Shown here in pieces: positions 1-12,336 of a stretch of 64,000 nt of DNA. A program made the translations under genes and the position numbers. The notes under the pieces were generated by a model, which saw nothing but the letters and a program-made list of their open reading frames with translations, was not told where the DNA came from and did no database searches. The stretch's first letter is position 1; the number at the start of each line of letters is the position of its first letter. The DNA comes from Mustelus asterias (lineage: Eukaryota): contig NC_135830.1 of NCBI RefSeq assembly GCF_964213995.1, forward strand, positions 15,748,001-15,812,000. Reading direction: 5' to 3'.

Positions 1-157
1 ACTGTGTGTGTGACAAGAGATTCATTGACTCATCCAGCCTCGCAATACACCAGCGAATTCACAAAGGGGAGAGGCCATTCACTTGCTCCCGGTGTGGGAA
101 GGGATATGTTACCTCATCCACTCTTCTGAGACACCAGTGAATTCACAAGGAACTATT
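1..157 (+). pseudogene. 3' end of a C2H2 zinc-finger gene (last two fingers), premature stop
   Basis: Reads [43 protein letters not shown], with TGA at 138-140 where paralogues have CGA. Closely resembles the end of the 13975-14934 ZNF. Confidence 0.8.
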
Positions 158-477
158 GTGATTGTATTTTCCTGTTGAGCATATTCAGACTAAACCATGT
201 TCCTTTGGGTCTGTTTCTGCTGAATTGAAAAATAACTTCAGCTCTGTTTAGGTGTGAATATAGTTGGTCTGAGAAGAGGAGGATTTGGGGTCAGGAAACT
301 TGTACAAAGCATCAGATTATCTGAACAGCAGAGAATTTTGTACATGGAAGGAAACAACTCCATTCTCAATCACATTAGGGAGAAACCGTGCAAATGTGGA
401 GACTGAAGTGATTGGCGGACCATTTTTTATGGTTTTCTAATTCAGCACATTTCTATTTTTATTAGTTTATTATCATA

Positions 478-767
478 TTATGGTGAGCACTGCTGCCTCA
501 CAGTGCCAGGGACTCGGGTTTGATTCCTGGCTTGGGTCACTGTCTGTGTGGAGTTTGCACATTCTCCCCGTGTCTGCATGGGTTTCCTCCGGGTGCTCCA
601 GTTTCCTCCCAGTCGGAAAGACATGCTGGTCCGGTGCATCGGCCATGCTAAATTCTCCCTCCTGTGTATCCGAATAGGTGCCGGAGTGTGGCAACTTGGG
701 GATTTTCAGTAACTTCATTGCTGTGTTAATGTAAGCCTACTTGTGACACTAATCAATAAACTTAAAC
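478..767 (+). mobile_element. HE1-like V-SINE with alternative (type B) 3' tail
   Basis: tRNA-derived head tggtgagcactgctgcctcacag, V-domain gtgtggagtttgcacattctccccgtgtctgc, tail cagtaacttcattg...aataaac. Confidence 0.85.
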
Positions 768-879
768 TATTTTACATGTAGCTCCGCTGTATCTTTCCAG
801 TCAGAGTCATTCCAGCTCAGAAGGAATCCATTGGGTTTCTCAAACCTATTTGACTCTTTGTAGACGAGTTACACAGCCT

Positions 880-1310
880 GAAAAAAACATCACAACATGC
901 AACGTGGGGAGAAACCGTTAACATGTTCTGTGTGTGGACGAAGCTTCAACCTGGAGAGACACAAGGACTCTGGCACCATGGAGAAACAGTGGAAATGGGA
1001 GGATTGTGGGAAGGGATTCAATTACCCATCTGCACTGAAAACTCATCAATGCAGTCACACTGGGGTAGAGGCTGTTCAGTAGTGCTGGCTGTGGGAAGGG
1101 ATTCACTCAGTCATCTGCTCTGCAGAAACAGCAAGTTCACACTGGAGAGAGACCATTCACCTGCTCTGAGTTTGGGAAAGGATTCACTGAGGCATCATCT
1201 GTGGAGACACCAGAGAGTTCATCTTGGTGGGAGGCCATTTACTTGCACTAAGTGTGGGAGCAAAAGAATGATTCAACCCCTGTTGAGACATTATGGCAAT
1301 CACTCAGATT
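880..1310 (+). pseudogene. Degenerate C2H2 ZNF remnant
   Basis: [14 protein letters not shown]...[18 protein letters not shown]...HTG with frameshifts and lost Cys residues. Confidence 0.8.
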
Positions 1311-1599
1311 AGACCCATTATCTGCTCCAACTCTGGGTGTTAACTAAATTATTTGAGATTAAATATATACAAATGGAGGGCATTGATTGGACGAGTGCAA
1401 ATAAAGAGACACTGTCACAGAGTGGAGTTAGGAGGTATCTAATTGTCATGCTTTACTCTGCAAATAAATCTATTCCAAATAAAGGTTAGCTTCAGTTTCT
1501 TCCTTCACCATAACGCTGTCAGGATTATAACATGTTAACAGGGAATGTTTGTCTCATGGTGAATTTTAAAAACTAAAGGAAAGTATATTTCAGGCAGGA

Positions 1600-3770
1600 G
1601 CTTACAATCCCAGTAGCTTTTGTGAGAAATGGTTGAAAGCCAGTGGGAATTGTCAGGGTCTGATTCCCCACTGATGTTCTTGAAGTCTGAACCACACGAT
1701 CAATGTAAGAATGAAGTGGAGATGTGGACACGGGTTACAGCCCGACCAAGGAGGAAACAAGGTCTGGCCTTGGCACTGTCACTTCTTGACAAAAAGATCA
1801 GAAGCAAAGTATTTTGTGAGCTGGATGTCCATCAGTTGGATACTGATGAAGGTTTGAATCTTTTATAAAGATTCATTGAGATTTACAAGATAGATGATGT
1901 ATTGGATGCCTATGAAGCATGATTGGATTTTGACAGGTTTTGTGTGAGGGTGAAAGCATCTTTAGTGCGTCTGGATATCGCAACAAAAGACAGGATTGGA
2001 ACAGCGCTAATCGGTGATTGAACCCCAGCAATGACTGGGGAACTATTAATAGGTGTTTCAGGTCTGAATGAAAACATCATCGTGTGATAAACTTTCGCAG
2101 TGAGACACAACACAGAGAATTCTGAGGCTGAACACAATGATGATGGTTATCACTCTGAAGGAATTGGAATATCATAAGGAATTTGGTCCAGTGATGAGTG
2201 TGTTAGTCACAGACTCAGTCACCTGTTCTGTGTTTGATGCATACAAGCATATGAGTTAGGAGCAAGCACTGGCCACTCAGCCCCTCGAGTCTGCTCTGTC
2301 GTTCAGTAAGATAATGGCTGATCGGATTGTAACCTCAACCCCACATTCCCACTTACCCCGTTAATCTTTCACCCCCTTGATAATCAAGAATCTATCTCGC
2401 TCTGCCTTCAAAATATTCAAAGGGATTATTACAGCAACTTTTGAGGAAGAGTTCCAGGAACTCTCAACCCTGTGGAAAAAAAACTTTCCTCATCTCTGCT
2501 TTAAATGAACTTATTTTAAACAGTAAGCCCTCATTCTCGATTCTCCCACTACAGGAAACATGCCCTCCACATCCACCCTGTCAAAATGCCTCAGGATCTT
2601 ATATGTTTCAGTCAAGTTGCCTCTTACTGTTCTAAACTCCAGGGGACAAAACACTCACCTGTCTAACCTTGCCTCATAATCCCATTCCACAGTGGCTGCA
2701 CCTCGACAGTGTGTGGATCAGATTGAAGATGTTATCCATATTCACCTCATGGTGAAGAGTGACACAAGGTTAAGGAGTATGAAAGGTTTCCAGTTGGTGA
2801 TATCAATAGATTGAAGCCACTAAAGAGAGTGTTGATTCCATGTAAAGTAGCTGGAGTCAGCACTCCAGGACTGGTGTAGTCTGGTGTGTCTGACAGTGAA
2901 CCTGCTCAGTTTAATGTTGAGTGAACCTTCCATGAAAAAGGCACAAATGCAACTGGACATGGAACAAGGTATGATTGTTCACTCAAATCAGGACATTATT
3001 GTGTCCTCTTAACAAAACCTGATGTTTCTAATCCTCGGGTTCGAGAAGGATTCATGGCATCAGGTGAAGAGAAACAGAAAAAAATTACAAATTGTCTTAA
3101 AGCTGCACAAACAATTTGCTCGTCCTATCGAACAAAGATTAAAAACCCTGCTAAAAGATGCAGGGCTGGTTGGTGAAGAGGATACGAGACTCAGAACAGA
3201 TTAGTACAAAGTATCGGACAAAGCCATTACATCCTTCCCTTGGCTCATGAAGAAGTTGCTGTGCATCTAAAGGTATGAGACAAAGACAGAAATATTTTCA
3301 TTCTACACTTTATCGATATGGTAACCCAACTTAGTCTTTCTCCAATAATACATGGTAAGGACAAAAGGGTGATTCTAGAACAAGTCATTGAGAAGTGGAC
3401 AGGGACTGGACCTGGGGCACCAGCTAAGTTTCTGACTGATAATGGAGGGGAATTTGTTAATGATGAGTTTTGAGACGTGTGTAAAAACATGAACATTCTG
3501 GTCAGGAACACGGCAGCTGAAAGTCCTTTCAGTGATGGACTCTGTGAATGGAATCACTCGGTGATCGATGAAATGCTGCAGAAAATCTCAGCTGATCAGC
3601 CAAACTGCAAGTTGATAACTGCACCGGCCTGGACGGTTCATGTAAATAATTCACTTCAGGTGGTTGGAGAGTATAATCCTTGTCAATTGGTTTGGGAGAA
3701 ATCCCAAATTACCCTCTGTGCCAGGTGATAAACCTGCTTTCGAAGGGATGACAATTAGCACAATTTTTAT
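1600..3770 (+). mobile_element. Degenerate Ty1/Copia LTR retrotransposon (GalEa-like): gag-protease-integrase
   Basis: Gag-like KNEVEMWTRVT..KQGLALALSL, protease VFD|SGCTSTVCG, integrase KLHKQF..P, KFLTDNGGEF and TAAESPFSDGLCE. Protease directly before integrase is the Copia domain order. Many stops. Confidence 0.7.
2239..2690 (-). mobile_element. CR1-type LINE 3' fragment inserted in the Copia protease
   Basis: Reverse-strand CR1 3' end (ggccactcagcccctcgag...), similar to 29855-30300. It separates the codons gat and agt ggc. Confidence 0.75.
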
Positions 3771-3924
3771 TCATTTATTATCGAATTGTTTCACTAAAAT
3801 AATTGCTCGAGCTAAGAAATTGTGGATCCTAGAAGAGCGGTGTCTTATAATGTAATACTTTGTACAAAATAAAGAACATCATATTTTTCTTCTACGATTT
3901 GTTTTGAAATATTGTTGTGTGAGT

Positions 3925-4975
3925 TGTTACAATTCGGGTTGGAAACATCGTTTCAAGAGAAATTTAAACACCCAGCGATTAACTGAAAAGATTACATCAG
4001 AAGATTGCAGGTTTTTAAACAAAAACAAACTTTATATATAAAACAAAAGAAATATTAAAAATCAGCATGATCAATTATATTTTATGAAGATTTATGCTGT
4101 AAACTCAGTTCTACTTTTCGACCCCTCTTTAGTTCTGAAGAGTCACGTGGACTCAAAACATGAACTCTATTTTCACTCACCACAGATGCTGTCAGTCCTG
4201 AGTGTTTGCAGTATTTTTCAGCTTTTGTTTGTACTTTTTACACCCCCCCCCCACCCCACCCCACCCCAACAAAAGAGTTCCCTTATATTTAACAATATAG
4301 AAACATCGAAACGAGAGGCAGGAATAGGTCATTTGGCCCTTTGAACCTGCTCCACCATTTATTGTGACCATGGCTGATCATCAACTTCAATATCCTGATC
4401 CCTCCCTGCCTCCCTATCCCTTGACCCTTTTAGACCCAAGAGCTAGATCTAATTTCTTCTTGAAGGTTCATTCACTTCTGTTCCAGGAACCATCCCAAAG
4501 GAATGTCAAAGCTCTCCAAGATTCACTTCAATTCTCCTCACTTTTCCAGCTATTCTCCAAGCTCCAAGATTTTATGGGGGTCCGACCATTAGCTTTTGAT
4601 GAAACAACTCTCCAACTTTCCATTAAGACCTCAAAACTGTGGCCTTCTAAGTTCAAGCATGGGCTTCACTGTGTTCTTCCTGAGGGATTTAAACATTGGG
4701 AACACCTCTGATTCCTAATGACCTTCTCGGCTCCATGTCCCATAGCTGGTTCACAGCTCCTGGTCCCAAAGCTGACGGTTTCCAAGCTAACTGCAGACTG
4801 CCTGCTTTCTGTGAGAAACACCCAAAATTCCAACCAAGCTCCACCCTGAATCACTTATCCCCATGGTAACAGAGACCAATTGGGATGTCCAATAGATGTT
4901 TAAATTAATTAACTTGTAATTTCAAAACCAAACATGTGACCCTGAGGTCTGCCTGATGAGTTCCCCTCTGTAACA
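3925..4975. mobile_element. Possible solo LTR containing a small CR1 tail fragment (about 4297-4465)
   Basis: Termini tgttaca...tgtaaca. No TSD found. Confidence 0.35.
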
Positions 4976-5004
4976 AAGGCAGGACGATAAGTGTCAGACC
5001 CAAT

Positions 5005-5116
5005 GGCCCTCATTTTACCGGCACGCTCGCCGAGGCTCACAGAACGGCATTCTCCGTTGCCCTCGGGCACGATCTTACGAACCTCGGGCAGGCGGGCGTG
5101 CCGGTAAAATTCCGGC
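5005..5116. mobile_element. Short palindromic MITE (Harbinger-like)
   Basis: Arms attttaccggcacgctcgcc and ggcgggcgtgccggtaaaat, flanked by aat on both sides. Confidence 0.6.
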
Positions 5117-5792
5117 AATGTCTCCAGGTCTCCTGCTAAAAGAGGCTGAGCCCAGCCCCCTTTTTACAGCATTAGCTGCTGTACTCTGCTCAATAAGAGT
5201 TTAAATGTCCCAAATCTTGCGTTAATTATGCTACTTCCAGCTGATTTGAAAATGTGATTTTCAGTCTCTACAATAATCAAATATCCCGTGGTTGTTTTTT
5301 TCTGAATCAAATTACTGGCAATCTTCTTGAATGAACATGTCAAAACTGAGGGAATTCCCTCTGTGTATTTAATTAGAAATGTCTCACTGTGACTCAAAGA
5401 GGAAGAGTCCAGCTGTCCTTTTACAGTTCTTATCCTTCCAGCTTTGACTCCTTAAATCAACATGGGCCACATCTTGTGATTGCAAAGTCCCTTAGGGTGT
5501 TTTTACCAGATTCTCAACCCAGATTTTTCATTTTTTAAAAACTAATTCTCAAGCTCAAAGTTAATTTGTAAAACAGGAATGATTAGACAGACACAAACCT
5601 CTTCCTCAGGAAGAAATGAAAATGTATCACCATCTAAATATCCTATTTAGAATATTACAATTTTCTGTACATATTAATAACAGCCATGATCATATTGAAT
5701 GGCCGAGCAGCTCAAAGAGCATCAGCCCACTGGAAGCAAAGTCATGAGATTGGTCAGTCCAGCAGAAAGAAACCCTCCGACCGTCCCACTTT

Positions 5793-6125
5793 GGGGAGGC
5801 GATGGCCTAGTGGTATTATCGCTGGACTATTAATCCAGAAACGCAGCTAATGTTCTGGAGACATGGGTTTGAATCCCACCACGGCAGATGGTGGAATTTG
5901 ACTAAAAAATATCTGGAATTAAGAATCTACTGATGACCATGAAACCGTTGTCGATGGTCAGCGTTCTTTAGGGAAGGAAATTTGTCGTCCTTACCTGGTC
6001 TGGCCGACATGTGATTCCAGAGCCACAGCAATGTGACTGACACTCAACTGCCCTCTCGAGAGAAACTAGGGATGGGCAATAAATGCTGACCAGCGACACC
6101 CATGTCCCACGAATGAATAATAAAA
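5793..6125 (+). mobile_element. tRNA-derived SINE (second family)
   Basis: A-box tggcctagtgg, B-box-like gtttgaatcc, tail gggcaataaatgctg...gaatgaataa. A paralogous copy lies at 45761-46157. Confidence 0.8.
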
Positions 6126-6338
6126 CTGTCAGAGTGAACATGGTTCAGTTCTGGATGTGAACAACAGCAGCAATAACAGCAGAATCCAGTCCCTGTAATC
6201 ACTTGTGAACTCGCTGGTATCTGAACAGATTGGATAACTGAGTGAATGCCATCCTGCACAGACCCAGTGAATGGTCTCTCCCCAGCATAAGACACTGGTG
6301 TGTCATAAGGTTGGATGAATCAATGATTGCTTTCTCAC

Positions 6339-6947
6339 TCAGCTGAACAGCCTCTCTCTACTGTGAACTCGCTGGTGTGTCTGCAAGTGAGATAATCGAT
6401 TAAATCTCATCTCACACTCTGGACAGCTGAATGGCCTCTCCCCTGTGTGAACTCGCTCGTGTCTCAGCAGGTCAGATGAAGTAGTGAATGCTTTCCCACA
6501 CTCAGAGCAGGTGAACGGTCTCTCCCTGGTGTGAACTCGCTGGTGTATCTGTAGGTTGTAGGAGAGAGAGAATCCCTTTCCACATTCAGAGCAGGTGAAT
6601 GGCCTCTCCCCAGTGTGAACTCGCTGGTGTGTCTGCAACTGAGATAACCGACTGAAACTCATCACACACTTGGAGCAGGTAAATGGCCTCTCCCCACTGT
6701 GAATTCGCTGGTGTATCCGGAGGTTGGAAGAGCGAGAGAATCCCTTTCCACACTGCGAACAGATGAACGGCCTCTCCCCTGTGTGAACCCGCTGGTGTGT
6801 CATTAAGTCGGATGAAGTAGTAAATCCCTTTGCACACTTAGTGCAGGTGAATGGTCTCTCCCCAGTGTGACTGCGCCGATGAATTTCCAGCTCCGAGGGG
6901 AATCTGAATCCCTTCCCACAATGTCCACATTTCCACAGTTTCTCCAT
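6339..6947 (-). CDS. C2H2 zinc-finger protein, 7 intact fingers, no KRAB/SCAN/BTB
   Basis: 202-aa ORF with TGERP linkers, Kozak gcaccATGg and acceptor ctccttttacag near 7177. Degenerate fingers continue to about 6200. Confidence 0.85.
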   Translation of the reverse strand: MEKLWKCGHCGKGFRFPSELEIHRRSHTGERPFTCTKCAKGFTTSSDLMTHQRVHTGERPFICSQCGKGFSRSSNLRIHQRIHSGERPFTCSKCVMSFSRLSQLQTHQRVHTGERPFTCSECGKGFSLSYNLQIHQRVHTRERPFTCSECGKAFTTSSDLLRHERVHTGERPFSCPECEMRFNRLSHLQTHQRVHSRERLFS

Positions 6948-7752
6948 GGTGCCAGTGTCCTTGTATCTCTCCAGGTTTGCTGATTAGTTGCGGTTGGTGT
7001 GTGTGTATGTGTTACACCAATGTTTAAAATCTTTTGAAGCAGATAAAAGAGAGAAATATTTCTCCTGGACTCAAATGCCGATAATATTCTGGTACCAATA
7101 ATCGAACAATTCTGTTAATTCTTCACTTGATGTTTCCTTTGAGATTTCAATCTGTAAATCCTTCCCTCCATTATCCTGTAAAAGGAGTTGACAAAAGTCA
7201 TCACCGTCAGTACTGGATAGAAATTCAGAACAGATAATTCTGAATATAACTGGACTAAAAACATGTGGTATACAATGCTGCATTTCTTAATTAGATAGGT
7301 GATGGGAAGGAGATTTGAGAAAACTATATTTACTCCAGATTTTAAAAGCAATCTTTCTGAATTGTAATGTCTCTTTGACTGGAATTATATAACATAACTA
7401 CATGCTATAATTACAAGAATAAAACAATGAATCTTATTACCGAAACATAAATATACCAAATATATGAACACAAGTTATATCTCTGTTGTGACTAATCTAA
7501 AAAGTAAACAAATTTCCAGAAAGTTCCAATGGAATACTGAAGGACAAGGTTTCACATTTTAAAAAATACTTTACAAATCAATCTAAAACCAGCATCACTA
7601 AATCATGCAAAGAGAGAAACACTATTTGAATGCACAAGATAAATTACACTTTAAAAAGCTCAGACAATAAAAACAGGTTTCACAAAATCACAAACATTTC
7701 CCCCTCAGTATATTTGGCTCTAATTCCAGTTACAGAGTCCCACAACTCTCTG

Positions 7753-9650
7753 TAAGAGAGAAATAAGGAAGGAGAGGATCAAATATGAAGGTAGGCTAGC
7801 CAGTAACATTAGGAATGATAGTAAAAGTTTCTTTAAATACATTAAAAACAAACGGGAGGCAAAAGTAGACATTGGGCCGCTCCAAAATGACGCTGGTAAT
7901 CTAGTGATGGGAGACAAGGAAATAGCTGAGGAACTTAATAAGTACTTTGCGTCAGTCTTCACAGTAGAAGACATGAGTAATATCCCAACAATTCAGGAAA
8001 GTCAGGGGGCAGAGTTGAATATGGTTGCCATCACAAAGGAGAAAGTGCTAGAGAAACTAAAAGGTCTGAAAATTGATAAATCTCCGGGCCCAGATGGGCT
8101 ACATCCTAGAGTTCTAAAGGAGATAGCTGAAGAAATAGTGGAGGCGTTAGTTATGATCTTTCAAAAGTCACTGGAGTCAGGGAAAGTCCCAGAGGATTGG
8201 AAAATCGCTGTTGTAACCCCACTGTTCAAGAAGGGAACAAGAAAAAAGATGGAAAATTATAGGCCAATTAGCCTAACCTCAGTTGTTGGCAAAATTCTAG
8301 AATCCATCGTTAAGGATGAGATTTCTAAATTCTTGGAAGTGCAGGGTCGGATTAAGACAAGTCAGCATGGATTTAGTAAGGGGAGGTCGTGCCTGACAAA
8401 CCTGTTAGAGTTCTTTGAAGAGATAACAAATAGGTTAGACCAAGGAGAGCCAATGGATGTTATCTATCTTGACTTCCAAAAGGCCTTTGACAAGGTGCCT
8501 CACGGGAGACTGCTGAGTAAAATAAGGGCCCATGGTATTCGAGGCAAGGTACTAACATGGATTGACGATTGGCTGTCAGACAGAAGGCAGAGAGTTGGGA
8601 TAAAAGGTTCTTTCTCAGAATGGCAACCGGTGACAAGTGGTGTCCCGCAGGGTTCAGTGTTGGGGCCACAGCTGTTCTCTTTATATATTAACGATCTAGA
8701 TGACGGGACTGGGAGCATTCTGGCCAAGTTTGCCGATGATACAAAGATAGGTGGAGGGGCAGGTAGTATTGAGGAGGTGGGGAGGCTGCAGAAAGATTTA
8801 GACAGTTTAGGAGAGTGGTCCAAGAAGTGGCTGATGAAATTCAACGTGGGCAAGTGCGAGGTCGTACACTTTGGAAAAAAGAATAGAGGCATGGACTATT
8901 TTCTAAACGGTGACAAAATTCATAATGCTAAAGTGCAAAGGGACTTGGGAGTCCTAGTCCAGGATTCTCTAAAGGTAAACTTGCAGGTTGAGTCCGTAAT
9001 TAAGAAAGCAAATGTAATGTTGTCATTTATCTCAAGAGGCTTGGAATACAAAAGCAGGGATGTACTTCTGAGGCTTTATAAAGCACTGGTTAGGCCCCAT
9101 TTGGAGTACTGTGAGCAATTTTGGGCCCCACACCTCAGGAAGGACATACTGGCACTGGAGCGGGTCCAGCGGAGATTCACACGGATGATCCCAGGAATGG
9201 TAGGCCTGACATACGATGAACGTCTGAGGATCGTGGGATTATATTCATTGGAGTTTAGGAGGTTGAGGGGAGATCTGATAGAAACTTACAAGATAATGAA
9301 CGGCTTAGATAGGATGGACGTAGGGAAGTTGTTTCCATTAACAGGGGAGACTAGGACGCGGGGGCACAGCCTTAGAATAAAAGGGAGTCACTTTAGAACA
9401 GAGATGAGGAGAAATTTCTTCAGCCAGAGAGTGGTGGGTCTGTGGAATTCATTGCCACAGAGGGCTGTGGAGGCCGAGACGTTGAGCGTCTTCAAGACAG
9501 AAATTGATAAATTCTTGATTTCTCGAGGAATTAAGGGCTATGGGGAGAGAGCGGGTAAATGGAGTTGAAATCAACCATGATTGAATGGTGGAGTGGACTC
9601 GATGGGCCGAATGGCCTTACTTCCGCTCCTATGTCTTATGGTCTTATGGT
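7753..9650 (+). mobile_element. 5'-truncated young CR1 LINE with uninterrupted RT ORF (7904-9568)
   Basis: 554-aa ORF with KSPGPDG, YRPISLTS, LDFQKAFDKV, GVPQGSVLGP and FADD. 3' tail repeat tcttatgg. Confidence 0.95.
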
Positions 9651-9685
9651 AATTCCCAGGGGGAGAAAGAAAGTGTTTTACTCAC

Positions 9686-10500
9686 AGCTGTTGTCCAGAG
9701 GATGAAGTTTGAGTCTGTGTGTGAAGTTTGAGTCTGTGGTGAAGTTTGAGTCTGTGGTGAAGCTACAAACAGAAGCTGTTCTGTTTCAAATCAAACTGCG
9801 GGACTTGGAAGAAAATGATGGGAAGAGATTTTGCAAAGTCCCCTCCCCCACTCCCTCAGCTGGCAGCCCAGCACGCAGGCGCAGAGAGCGCTGCTGAGCC
9901 GAGCTGTCCGGAACAGGCGCAGAGAGCGCTGCTGAGCCGAGCTGTCCGGAGCAGGCGCAGAGAGCGCTGCTCAGCCGAGCTGTCCGGAGCAGGCGCAGTG
10001 CGGCTGCCGCCAGCGGTCGCTCTCGATCTCTTTTTGGAGCAGCAGCCGCCGTAGAGAGATGGGGGAGGGGGCGATCACCGAGCGGCTTCTCGCTCTGGCC
10101 GGAGCCGCCAGCCGGTTGCCCGGAAACCTTGGCTCGACGAGGTGCAGAGGGAGGGGAACAATGGGTGGGGGCGGGGCTCCCGTGTCCGCTCGCCCGGGCC
10201 TGCGCACTGGAACCCGAGGATGTCACTGCGGTGCAGACTGATTCCTATTGGCTGATATAGGCAGGCCTCCATTGACATCACAATGCGGAAGTTGTCCAAT
10301 GAGCTTCAGAGTGAAACTTCCTCCTCTGGACAACATCAGGGAGGAAATCAATGTTTCCCCCTTTCCATTTCTTTTCTCATTCTGGGGGAAATTGGGGACT
10401 CGCAGCAACTGAAGGGAGAGGAAGTGAATTCAGGGAGGCTGCAGACTGGAACTATTACAGACGAACATCGGAATTAGGAGCAAGACGAGACCCAGGTATC
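9686..10500. promoter_or_regulatory. CpG island, likely bidirectional ZNF promoter with non-coding first exons
   Basis: CpG-rich, GC box gggcgggg, CCAAT boxes (attgg about 10247, ccaat about 10296), minus-strand donor (actcac 9680-9685) and plus-strand donor cag|gtatc near 10495. Confidence 0.6.
9876..10000. repeat. 38-bp GC-rich tandem repeat, about 3.3 copies
   Basis: Unit caggcgcagagagcgctgctgagccgagctgtccggag starts at 9876, 9914, 9952 and 9990. Confidence 0.9.
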
Positions 10501-11049
10501 TTTTTCTTTCTCTCTCTCAAAGATATTGACATCTTTTGGCTCCCTCAGGTTGTCACATTTATTTGTCTGACAAGATAACCTCTTACCTAATGTTCACAAT
10601 TAAAGGGGGAGTTTTCCCAGGAGAAGACTGTTTAAATGAACAGTAAATTCGCTTGGGACAGAGATATGTTTAATGTAGTTATATGGTACGTGCTATGTTA
10701 TTTATGATTCCCTATTTCTTGTCTTGACATATAAAAGGCACTGTGTCAACATTACCTATTTCCACTGATGGAGACATTCCAACATAGAAGGAATCCATTT
10801 GGCAATTCAAATCCATGCCAACCCTCTGTGGAGCAATTCAGTCAGTCCCATTCCCTCTCTGTACTCCCATTCCCCTGAGTTTCACATCACAATGGAATGG
10901 ATGAGAATTCCAGATGAGCTGAGACTGGGGTGGAGTCGGGTGATGTTACTGAGGTGGAAATAGTGATAATGATGTGGATGTGTGGCTGGAAGCTCATCTT
11001 GGGGTGAAATATTTCACCAGGGTTGTGAACAGCCTGTTTCAGGTCAGAC

Positions 11050-12336
11050 ATGTTTGTGATTTATATAAACGATCTGGAAGAAGGTGTAACTGGGGTGATC
11101 AGTAAGTTTGCGGACGACACAAAATTGGCAGGACTTGCAGATAGTGAGGAATCATAGAAACCCTACAGTGCAGAAGGAGGCCATTCGGCCCATCAAGTCT
11201 GCACCGACCACAATCCCACCCAGGCCCTACCCCCACATATTTACCCGCTAACCTACGCATCTCAGGACTCTAAGGGGCAATTTTTAACCTGGCCAATCAA
11301 CCTAACCCGCACACCGTTGGACTGTGGGAGGAAACCGGAGCTCCCGGAGGAAACCCACGCAGACACGAGGAGAATGTGCAAACTCCACACAGACAGTGAC
11401 CCGAGCCACGAATCGAACCCAGGACCCTGGAGCTGTGAAGCAGCAGTGCTAACCACTGTGCTACCATGCCGCTCCTTAGAGGAGCATTGTCAGAAGCTAC
11501 AGAAGGATATAGATAGGCTGGAAATTTGGGCAAAGAAATGGCAGATGGAGTTCAATCCTGATAAATGCGAAGTGATGCATTTTGGTAGAAATAATGTAGG
11601 GAGAAGCTATACGATAAATGGCAGAACCATAAAGGGTGTAGATACGCAGAGGGACCTGGGTGTGCAAGTCCACGGATCCTTGAAGGTGACGTCACAGGTG
11701 GAGAAGGTGGTGAAGAAGGCATATGGCATGCTTGCCTTTATAGGACGGGGCATAGAGTATAAAAGTTGGGGTCTGATGTTGCAGATGTATAGAACGTTGC
11801 TTCGGCCACATTTGGAATACTGCATCTAGTTCTGGTCGCCACACTATCAGAAGGATGTGGAGGCTTTGGAGAGAGTACAGAGGAGGTTTACCAGGATGTT
11901 GCCTGGTATGGAGGGGCTTAGTTATGTGGAGAGATTGGGTAAACTGGGGTTGTTCTCACTGGAAAGACGGAGGATGAGGGGAGACTTAATAGAGGTGTAT
12001 AAAATTATGAAAGGCATAGATAGGGTGAACGGTGAGAAGCTTTTCCCCAGGTCGGTGGTGACGTTCACGAGGGGTCATAGGTTCAAGGTGAAGGGGGGGT
12101 GGTTCAACACAGATATCAGAAGGACATATTTTACACAGAGGGTGGTGGGGGCCTGGAATACGCTGCCAGGCAAGGTGGTGGAGGCAGACACACTGGGAAC
12201 GTTTAAGACTTATCTAGATAGCCATATGAACGGAGTGGGAATGGAGGGATACAAAAGAATGGTCTAGTTTGGACCAGGGAGCGGCACGGGCTTGGAGGGC
12301 CGAAGGGCCTGTTCCTGTGCTGTATTGTTCTTTGTT
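11050..12336 (+). mobile_element. CR1 LINE 3' portion, interrupted by an HE1 SINE
   Basis: RT C-terminus FADDTKLAG...WQMEFNPDKCEV...LERVQRRFTRM. Candidate TSD gacatgtt at about 11047 and 13318. Confidence 0.9.
11151..11472 (-). mobile_element. HE1 SINE (CR1-type tail) nested in CR1
   Basis: Full reverse HE1 copy flanked by gagga. Confidence 0.9.

Noticed and set aside
5793-5885. tRNA gene
   Set aside because: The A/B boxes belong to a SINE head that continues into SINE body and tail, with a paralogue at 45761.
7904-9568. Domesticated RT host gene
   Set aside because: Ordinary 5'-truncated CR1 ORF2 lacking the endonuclease and carrying a typical tail. The open frame reflects youth.
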